A DNA stretch of 34,745 nucleotides, taken from positions 1-34,745 of the forward strand of contig JAEEIO010000160.1 in NCBI GenBank assembly GCA_016281405.1, read 5' to 3'. Position 1 is the first letter of the stretch. Each line of letters opens with the position of its first letter. The position numbers and the translations under genes were made by a program. Below the pieces are notes generated by a model. That model was not told the DNA's origin and made no database searches. It worked only from the letters and a program-made list of their open reading frames with translations. The DNA comes from Clostridiales bacterium. Lineage in GTDB: Bacteria; Bacillota; Clostridia; Oscillospirales; RGIG5299. Below are positions 1-6,416 of the stretch, in pieces.

Positions 1-1
1 A

Positions 2-159
2 ATGATGAGCCTCCCTTCGGTCGCCATGATGATTTGCGGTTTCACCGCAAAATGATGAAATGAGTTCCGCTTCATGCGCCGAAGGCGCTCATCATTCGGC
101 GAAGCCGTTCATCATGCGCGAAAGCGCTCATCATGTGCCGCACAAGCGGAACTCATCAT
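2..159. repeat. REP-like hairpin array: TCATCAT/ATGATGA heptamers alternating with GC-rich GAA/GAAA-loop hairpins; probably truncated at the window edge
   Basis: ATGATGA at 2, 26, 52; TCATCAT at 89, 109, 128, 153. Hairpins: TTTGCGGT-TTC-ACCGCAAA (33-51), GCGCC-GAA-GGCGC (76-88), CGGC-GAA-GCCG (97-107), GCGC-GAAA-GCGC (116-127), TGTG-CCG-CACA (134-144). Perfect 13-bp outer inverted repeat ATGAGTTCCGCTT (60-72) / AAGCGGAACTCAT (144-156). Confidence 0.85.
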
Positions 160-162
160 CGG

Positions 163-1095
163 TTATTCGGCGGTCACGCTGAGATTTTTGAAGGACATTT
201 CATGGGTGAAGTTGCCCGAGACCTCGGTGGAAATATAGAAGTTCTGAAGGGCGAGGTCGTCGGCCGTCGTATTCTCGAAGACCTTATGCTTTTTCGCGGC
301 CTCGAGCGCTTCGGCGACGACGGCTTTCAGTTCGACGGTTATCTTATGCCAGTTGCCGTCGTGCATTGAGGAGTCGAGGTAGGCCTTCATATTGGGGCAG
401 TAGATGACGGTGTCGGTGGCGCCCTCGAATCCGCTGTCGACCATAGAGGTCCTGGGAGGGATTCCGAAGCGGTCGTCGAAGACTCTGACGCCGAGCCAGA
501 TAAAGCTGCCGCAGTCATCCGACTGTTCGTTGACGTTTCTCAAAATGAAATAGATATTGGTCTGGGCGCACATAATGTTACGGTTATACTCCTCTGGCGT
601 CATGTGGTTTATAAGCCGGTCGTTTCTCGCCTCGAAGGAGAGGGTCAAGGCGTTATAATCGGTCATTTTAATGTCGTTATCGAAACGCTGTTCGAACATG
701 AGGTGGACCCACGGGTCGGAGGTTTTGGTGCGGACGGTCTCGTATTCGTTGTCGCAGTAGAGCGCGAAGTTAAGGACCGAGGCGCCGTTTTCGTCTTTAT
801 AAACGCGGACCTTTTTGCCCTCGTTTTCGTAGACGACTTCCGTGTCGCTCGATGAGACGAGGGAGTCTCTTTTCATTATGAATCGGCTGTTGTTCTGGTG
901 CATGAACCAGACGCGCTCGCCGTCGGTGGAAAAGGTCCGCAAAAAGCCTATGGACGAGCCTTTGTTGAAGAGCATGAAGCCGTTTTTGAAATCGCAGTCT
1001 TTTAACAGATTGTTCATTTTATTACCTCCGTTGCATGATGAAAGTATTAAAGCGAGGGCGGTTATTACCGTTACGAGCAGGGCTCTTTTTTTCAT
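163..1095 (-). CDS. Hypothetical lipoprotein, 310 aa, last gene of the ROK-ThuA-oxidoreductase operon
   Basis: MKKR + hydrophobic stretch + lipobox LSSC (Cys21). Starts 1 nt after the upstream gene's stop. No family recognised. Confidence 0.8.
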   Translation of the reverse strand: MKKRALLVTVITALALILSSCNGGNKMNNLLKDCDFKNGFMLFNKGSSIGFLRTFSTDGERVWFMHQNNSRFIMKRDSLVSSSDTEVVYENEGKKVRVYKDENGASVLNFALYCDNEYETVRTKTSDPWVHLMFEQRFDNDIKMTDYNALTLSFEARNDRLINHMTPEEYNRNIMCAQTNIYFILRNVNEQSDDCGSFIWLGVRVFDDRFGIPPRTSMVDSGFEGATDTVIYCPNMKAYLDSSMHDGNWHKITVELKAVVAEALEAAKKHKVFENTTADDLALQNFYISTEVSGNFTHEMSFKNLSVTAE

Positions 1096-1096
1096 A

Positions 1097-2338
1097 TCAG
1101 TCGAGCTCCGAAACGTTTACGACGCGCGATTCCCTTCTCGCCTTCTCGGCCGCGAAGACGACCTTGTGGCTGGCGAGGCTTTCGTCGATATCGGTGAGGA
1201 TTATAGAGGGGTCGTTTTTACGGATGGCCTCGAAAAAGTTCTGAATTACGAGGAAGTCGCCGCCGCCGTGGCCGATGGCGCCCGCGGGCGGGATAACGGC
1301 GGTTTCGGCGGTGCGGTGGTCGAATTCGTTTATGACGACGGTGTTGGTGGCGAGGTTGCATTCGAGGCAGCCTTTGGTGCCGTTTACGCGCATTATGCGG
1401 TTGCCGTAGTGGAAGGCGGTGAGGGTGAGGGTCGCGGTCTCGCCTCCCTCGAACTCCATGGCGACGACCTGATGGTCGCAGACGTCGTTATCGCAGTGCC
1501 AGATGCAGCGTCCGTAGGGGCCCGTTCTGAGTTCTTCGAGTATAGAGGCCTCGTCGCTCTTGGGTAAGACTATGCTCCAGCCGTCGCGAAGATAGACTTT
1601 TAAGCAGTTATACTGGCATTCGTTTATGTGAGGACAGCCGTCCATGCAGCGCATGGGGGCGTCCTTAGGTGCGAATTCGGGTTTGAAATAGGAGAGATTT
1701 CCGAAGGAGGAGGCTTTTACGCATTTCTTGCCGAGCAGGTAGCCTATGAGGTCGACGTCGTGGCAGCATTTGGTCATGAGTATAAAGGACGATTTGCTCT
1801 CGACGGCCCAGTTGCCTCTTATGTAGGAGGAGGAGAAATGTATATCGCCTATTCCCTCTATCTGGTCGATATTCATAACGCGGCCGATTCTGCCGCTGTC
1901 GATGACGCGTTTTACATAGGAGTAGAAATTGTTATGGCGAAGCGAGTGGCAGACGCTTGCGAGGACGCCCGTTTCGCGTCTGACCTTTGCTATCTCGCGG
2001 CATTCGTCAAGCGAGACCGACATGGGTTTTTCAAGGAGGATGTTATAGCCCGCTTTCATGAGGGGGACGGCCTGGTGGATATGGTCTTTATCCATCGTCA
2101 TGACGAAGGCGGCGTCGGCGATTTTGCCGAGCTTCAAAAAGTCGTCGAGATTATCGAAGATCATATTGTCGGGAAGGCCCGTGAGCTCCTTGGCAAGGTC
2201 TCTTCTCACCTGACGGGGTTCGACTACGGCGACGACTTTGGCAAGGAGCGTCGGAGTCCCCTTGACTATTTCGTTAAAAAGTTTGCCTCGGTTTCCGAAG
2301 CCTATGATTGCTACTTTGAGTTCGCGCATTTCGTTCAT
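1097..2338 (-). CDS. Gfo/Idh/MocA family NAD(P)-dependent oxidoreductase (YteT-like, Cys-rich)
   Basis: Rossmann motif AIIGFGNRG, LLEKPM motif, KCCHDVD, C-terminal HGGGD; AGGAG RBS upstream. Confidence 0.92.
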   Translation of the reverse strand: MNEMRELKVAIIGFGNRGKLFNEIVKGTPTLLAKVVAVVEPRQVRRDLAKELTGLPDNMIFDNLDDFLKLGKIADAAFVMTMDKDHIHQAVPLMKAGYNILLEKPMSVSLDECREIAKVRRETGVLASVCHSLRHNNFYSYVKRVIDSGRIGRVMNIDQIEGIGDIHFSSSYIRGNWAVESKSSFILMTKCCHDVDLIGYLLGKKCVKASSFGNLSYFKPEFAPKDAPMRCMDGCPHINECQYNCLKVYLRDGWSIVLPKSDEASILEELRTGPYGRCIWHCDNDVCDHQVVAMEFEGGETATLTLTAFHYGNRIMRVNGTKGCLECNLATNTVVINEFDHRTAETAVIPPAGAIGHGGGDFLVIQNFFEAIRKNDPSIILTDIDESLASHKVVFAAEKARRESRVVNVSELD

Positions 2339-2361
2339 TATAGTTTCTCCTAATTATTATT

Positions 2362-3090
2362 TTATTTTTTTTCAAGCGGCGCGGGGTGTCCGCAGTCGGT
2401 GCAGTCGGTAGAATAGTCGGCCGACGGGTTATAGGCCCAGCGGACGGCGTTGCCGATTATTTTTATGATCTCGGGTATCTTATAGGTGGGGTTGGTTTCG
2501 TGACCGGGCTGAAAATAGAATATTCTGCCCGCTTCGCGAAGGAAGCAGCAGCCCGAGCGGAAGACCTCGCCTCCCGCGAACCAGCCTATGAAAACGAGGC
2601 GGTTGGGCTCGGGGATGCCGAAGGGCTCGCCGTACATCTCCTCGGCGGGGATCTCAATATAAGCGGGGACGCCTTTGGCTATCGGGTGGCCGGGGGCGAC
2701 GGTCCAGAGGCGTTCTCTGTCGGCATCGCGCCAGTTGAGTCTGCCCGAGGTGCCCATAAGCTTTAAGAAGGGCTTTGAAAGGTGAGAGGAGTGAAGAGCT
2801 ATGAAGCCCATGCCCTTTCGGACGCGGTCGGCTATCTTTTCGGCAAGGGCGTCCGGCACGTCGCCGTGATGGGCGTGGCCCCACCAGATAAGGACGTCGG
2901 TGTCTTCCAGGACGCTTTGCGGAAGGCCGCATTCGGGGTCGTCCATCGCTACGGCGCGGATCACGAAATCGTCGTTTTCTTTGGAAAGCGCTTTTTTAAG
3001 CTCGTTATGGATGCCCTCGGGGTATATGGCGGCGACCTCGGGCATTTCTTTCTCGTGGCGGTATTCGTTCCAGATAGTCACTCTAATCAT
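2362..3090 (-). CDS. thuA: ThuA-like (trehalose utilization) protein
   Basis: IRVTIWNEYRHE, YPEGIH, DVLIWWGHAHH, LHSSH, EEMYGEPF, WFAGGEVFRSG, FYFQPGHET are characteristic ThuA motifs; AGGAGG RBS. Confidence 0.92.
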   Translation of the reverse strand: MIRVTIWNEYRHEKEMPEVAAIYPEGIHNELKKALSKENDDFVIRAVAMDDPECGLPQSVLEDTDVLIWWGHAHHGDVPDALAEKIADRVRKGMGFIALHSSHLSKPFLKLMGTSGRLNWRDADRERLWTVAPGHPIAKGVPAYIEIPAEEMYGEPFGIPEPNRLVFIGWFAGGEVFRSGCCFLREAGRIFYFQPGHETNPTYKIPEIIKIIGNAVRWAYNPSADYSTDCTDCGHPAPLEKK

Positions 3091-3102
3091 TATAAATCCT
3101 CC

Positions 3103-4062
3103 TTATTTGAGCGTTCTTTTTGCGAACATAGCGGCGCCGATTATCCCGGCGTCGTTTCCGAGCGTCGCGCGGGCGATATGGGGTACTTCTATGATGCCGG
3201 CCCCGAAGCTGTTTTCGGCGACGTATTTTTTAATGGGGCCTATGAGCCGCTCGCCCTCGTTTGAGATGCCGCCGCCGATAAGAATTATCTGCGGGCGGAA
3301 TACGTTTGTGAGGTCTATAAGACCTTCGGAGACGTAGCTTATATATTCGTCGGTGACGGCTTTGGCGACCGGACAGCCCTGTTCGGCGGCGTTGAAAACC
3401 GTCTTGCCGTTTACCGTTTCGGCCTCGGCGACCATTTTTGCAAGCAGAGAATCGGGGTGAGCCGCCGCTTCCTCCATCGTCCGCTTTATAAGAGCGCTGG
3501 CGGAGGCGTAGGTCTCCCAGCAGCCGCGCCTGCCGCAGGAGCAGAGGTTGCCGCCGTGGTTGACGACGATGTGTCCGAGTTCGACGCCTCTTGAGCGGCC
3601 GCCCTCGTAAAGCTCGCCGTTAATGACTATTCCGCCGCCGACGCCCGTGCCGAGCGTTATCATAACTACGTCGGAATAACCTTTGGCCGCTCCCGCCACA
3701 ACTTCGCCGAGCGCGGCGCAGTTGGCGTCGTTGGAGACGGCGACGGGGCGGTTGATGCGCTTCTGTATCTCGCCCGCGAGGCAGACGTTTATCATGTCCT
3801 TAAAGTTGAAGGCGGCTATGACGGTGCCCGTCTCGGAGTCGATGACGCCGGGGCTTCCGATACCTATGGAAGCGACGTTGCTAATACTTATTCCGTATTC
3901 GGCAACGGCGCTTTCGATACATTTTATAATATTTGAAATTACCGTCTCGACGCCTTTGTCGGCCTCGGTCTTGACGGTGTATTTGTAGAGCAGTTTGCCG
4001 TAAACGCTCACTATGCCGACGGCTATCTTGGTGCCGCCGAGATCAACTCCGATGTAATACAT
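3103..4062 (-). CDS. ROK family sugar kinase (glucokinase-like)
   Basis: GVDLGGTKI ATP motif, NDANCAALGE, TLGTGVGGG, ELGH and Zn motif CSCGRRGCWE; no N-terminal HTH; GGAGG RBS. Confidence 0.93.
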   Translation of the reverse strand: MYYIGVDLGGTKIAVGIVSVYGKLLYKYTVKTEADKGVETVISNIIKCIESAVAEYGISISNVASIGIGSPGVIDSETGTVIAAFNFKDMINVCLAGEIQKRINRPVAVSNDANCAALGEVVAGAAKGYSDVVMITLGTGVGGGIVINGELYEGGRSRGVELGHIVVNHGGNLCSCGRRGCWETYASASALIKRTMEEAAAHPDSLLAKMVAEAETVNGKTVFNAAEQGCPVAKAVTDEYISYVSEGLIDLTNVFRPQIILIGGGISNEGERLIGPIKKYVAENSFGAGIIEVPHIARATLGNDAGIIGAAMFAKRTLK

Positions 4063-4092
4063 AACATCCTCCGTTCGATTTCCTTTTTATTT

Positions 4093-4121
4093 ATGTTAAC
4101 ATCATTGATTTCTTTTGTCAA
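4093..4121 (-). promoter_or_regulatory. Putative sigmaA promoter of the ROK-ThuA operon
   Basis: Minus strand TTGACA (4121-4116), 17 nt, TAACAT (4098-4093) with TGn extension; overlapped by palindrome ATGTTAACAT (4093-4102). Confidence 0.65.
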
Positions 4122-4158
4122 TACATTATAAAAATATATTTTTATAAGCTTTTTTGTG

Positions 4159-4187
4159 TTGACACCGCGGCTGTTTTATATTATTAT
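4159..4187 (+). promoter_or_regulatory. Putative sigmaA promoter of the isomerase-oxidoreductase pair
   Basis: TTGACA (4159-4164), 17 nt, TATTAT (4182-4187); GGAGG RBS before ATG 4219. Confidence 0.7.
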
Positions 4188-4218
4188 TATATTATAATAT
4201 TTTTTTCGGAGGCTTATT

Positions 4219-5184
4219 ATGGAACTCGGATTTCTGACCGTTCCCTTCAAGGAGACACCACTCAAAGAGGTGCTTCCCTATCTCAAATCTTTGGGAATAA
4301 CCGCGCTCGAGCTCGGCGCGGGCGGATACCCCGGGACGGGGCATATCGATCCCGCCAAGCTTTTGGAAAGCGAAGGCGAGAGAAAGGCGCTTTTGGCCAT
4401 GCTTTCGGAATACGGAATGAGTATTAGCGCCCTTGCCTGCCACGGCAATCCCGTGTCGCCCGACAAGGCGTTTGCCAAAGAGTCGGACGAGACTCTTAAA
4501 AATACCATACTTCTTGCCGAGAAGCTTAGCGTCAAGACCGTTATAACCTTCTCGGGCTGTCCCGCCGGCGCGCCCGGCGACAAGACGCCGTGCTGGGTGA
4601 CCTGTCCGTGGCCCGACGAATACGCCGAGGCGCTCAAATACCAGTGGAACGAGGTGCTTATTCCCTACTGGAAGAGCATGAACGCCTTCGCGGCGGCGCA
4701 CGGCGTGAGGGTCGCGCTTGAGATGCACCCCGGCTTCTGCGTTTACAACACCGAGACGATGCTTAAGCTCCGCGAGGCGGCGGGCGAAAACATAGGCGCG
4801 AACGTCGACCCGTCTCATCTTGTATGGCAGGGCATCGACGTGCCGCTCGCGATAAGGACTCTGGGTCCCGCGGTCTTCCATTTCCACGCCAAGGATACCA
4901 AGATCGACGTCCACAACACCGCTGTAAACGGCGTGCTCGACACCAAGCATTACGGAAACGAGATCGCGAGATCCTGGGTCTTCCGTTCCTGCGGCTACGG
5001 CATGACAAGAGAGAAATGGACCGAGATCTTCTCGGCTCTGAAGCTTATCGGTTACGACGGCGCGATCTCCATCGAGCACGAAGACAGCGTTATGGAGACC
5101 AAGGAAGGCCTTGAAAAAGCCGTTAAGTTCCTTTCTGACCTTATCATATACAAAGAGAAGCCCAACTCCATGTGGTGGGCCTGA
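4219..5184 (+). CDS. Sugar phosphate isomerase/epimerase family TIM-barrel protein (AP_endonuc_2 / IolE-like)
   Basis: Metal-ligand motifs ALEMHPG, NVDPSHL, HFHAKD, SIEHED; GNP and FSGCP motifs; C-terminal MWWA. Confidence 0.92.
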   Translation: MELGFLTVPFKETPLKEVLPYLKSLGITALELGAGGYPGTGHIDPAKLLESEGERKALLAMLSEYGMSISALACHGNPVSPDKAFAKESDETLKNTILLAEKLSVKTVITFSGCPAGAPGDKTPCWVTCPWPDEYAEALKYQWNEVLIPYWKSMNAFAAAHGVRVALEMHPGFCVYNTETMLKLREAAGENIGANVDPSHLVWQGIDVPLAIRTLGPAVFHFHAKDTKIDVHNTAVNGVLDTKHYGNEIARSWVFRSCGYGMTREKWTEIFSALKLIGYDGAISIEHEDSVMETKEGLEKAVKFLSDLIIYKEKPNSMWWA

Positions 5185-5242
5185 CAGGCGGGTTTCAATA
5201 TTGTAAAGTAATTTTGCTTTATATATTATAGAGGTGTTTTTT

Positions 5243-6292
5243 GTGCATACTTTAGGCATTATCGGATTCGGCGGCGTCGCGAGGTGGCATTACGGCAATC
5301 TGAAGCCGCTTGCCGACATCATTAAGGTAAAAGGCGTTTACGATATTAACCCCGAAAAGGGCAAATACGCCGAGACCTTAGGGCTTGTAAACTACCCTTC
5401 TGCAGACGCGCTGTTTGCCGACGGGGAAATAGACATAGTTCTCGTAAGCACGCCCAATAATTTCCATAAGGAATACGTTATCCGCTCGGTAGAAGCCGGA
5501 AAGAACGTCATATGCGAAAAGCCCGTCGCCCTTTCGGTCGAAGATTTCGACGAAATGCGGGCGGCGGCAGATAAAGCGGGAAAGATATTCACCGTCCACC
5601 AGAACAGGCGGTGGGACCATGATTTCCGCATTATCAAAAAGATCTACGACGAGAATATGATAGGCAAACCCTATTATATCGAGAGCCGCGTGCAGGGAGC
5701 CAACGGCATCCCGGGAGACTGGCGTTTCCGTAAGTTTGCGGGCGGCGGTATGGTTTACGACTGGGGCGTTCATCTGCTCGACCAGATGATGTGGATGGTA
5801 AAATCGCCCGTAAAGAGCGTTTACGCCGACCTTTTCAACGTGAGGTCGCCCGAGGTCGACGACAATTTCAAGGCCATCCTCAAGTTCGAAGACGGCACCG
5901 AAGGGTTCGTGGAGGTCGACACCAACTGCTTTATTCCCCTGCCCCGCTGGCACATGTCGGGCGAGCGCGGGACGGCGGTCATCAAAAGCTTCGACTGCGA
6001 CGGCGAGATAGTAAAGGCAAATCTTATCAAAATGGAATACGAGCCGTCAATCATCTACACGGGGTCGGGCCCCACCAAAACGATGTCGCCGAGACCCAAG
6101 GAGACTATTGAGACAATCCCGCTCCCGACCGACGTCGACAGCGATATTCACAACCTTTTCCGTAATTTCCTCGACGTCATTGACGGCAAGGCGGAAAGGA
6201 TAATAAAGCTCGACGAGGTCAGGCGGGTGCTTGAGGTCATAGAAGCGATATTCGAGTCGGCGGAAAAAGGCAAGGCGGTTTCCCTTAAATAA
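5243..6292 (+). CDS. Gfo/Idh/MocA family oxidoreductase
   Basis: GIIGFGG, ICEKPV, HQNRRWD, GGGMVYDWGVHLLD. Start moved to GTG 5243 because GAGGTG (5231-5236) is a well-spaced RBS. Confidence 0.92.
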   Translation: MHTLGIIGFGGVARWHYGNLKPLADIIKVKGVYDINPEKGKYAETLGLVNYPSADALFADGEIDIVLVSTPNNFHKEYVIRSVEAGKNVICEKPVALSVEDFDEMRAAADKAGKIFTVHQNRRWDHDFRIIKKIYDENMIGKPYYIESRVQGANGIPGDWRFRKFAGGGMVYDWGVHLLDQMMWMVKSPVKSVYADLFNVRSPEVDDNFKAILKFEDGTEGFVEVDTNCFIPLPRWHMSGERGTAVIKSFDCDGEIVKANLIKMEYEPSIIYTGSGPTKTMSPRPKETIETIPLPTDVDSDIHNLFRNFLDVIDGKAERIIKLDEVRRVLEVIEAIFESAEKGKAVSLK

Positions 6293-6298
6293 TGTTTT

Positions 6299-6337
6299 TT
6301 GCGGTCTCCCTTATGGGAGACCGCAATTTTTCTTTTT
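6299..6337 (+). terminator. Rho-independent terminator
   Basis: TTGCGGTCTCCC-TTAT-GGGAGACCGCAA followed by TTTTTCTTTTT, just after the stop at 6292. Confidence 0.9.
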
Positions 6338-6353
6338 CGGGGCAAATTTCGTA

Positions 6354-6382
6354 TTGACAAAAGGCGTAAAATAAAATACTAT
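6354..6382 (+). promoter_or_regulatory. Putative sigmaA promoter of the amidase-GH29-GH106 operon
   Basis: TTGACA (6354-6359), 17 nt, TACTAT (6377-6382); GAGG RBS before ATG 6417. Confidence 0.7.
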
Positions 6383-6416
6383 ATAATATATAGTTTATTA
6401 TTTAGCGAGGCCGAAA

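Noticed and set aside
1-160. CRISPR array or tRNA interpretation of the hairpin repeat
   Set aside because: The repeated unit is only 7 nt, the intervening segments are 12-19 nt self-complementary hairpins rather than unique spacers, no cas genes are present, and there are no tRNA D/T-loop consensus motifs.
133-369. 78-aa plus-strand ORF
   Set aside because: Antisense to the lipoprotein gene, starts inside the repeat, no RBS or recognisable motif.
1086-1092. A7 tract at the 5' end of the lipoprotein gene as a phase-variation site
   Set aside because: Too short, and explained by the Lys-Lys-Arg codons of the signal peptide.
2392-2409. 9-bp tandem duplication (GCAGTCGGT x2) giving TDCTDC at the ThuA C-terminus
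   Set aside because: Only two copies in a variable tail; no evidence of function.
3103-4062. ROK transcriptional repressor
   Set aside because: No N-terminal HTH; the protein begins directly with the kinase ATP-binding motif.
4192-5259. Long antisense ORFs (e.g. 4192..5259, 7752..8732, 24085..24963, 28620..29552)
   Set aside because: Mirror frames of clearly identified genes, expected from GC-rich third-codon-position bias; no motifs or RBS.
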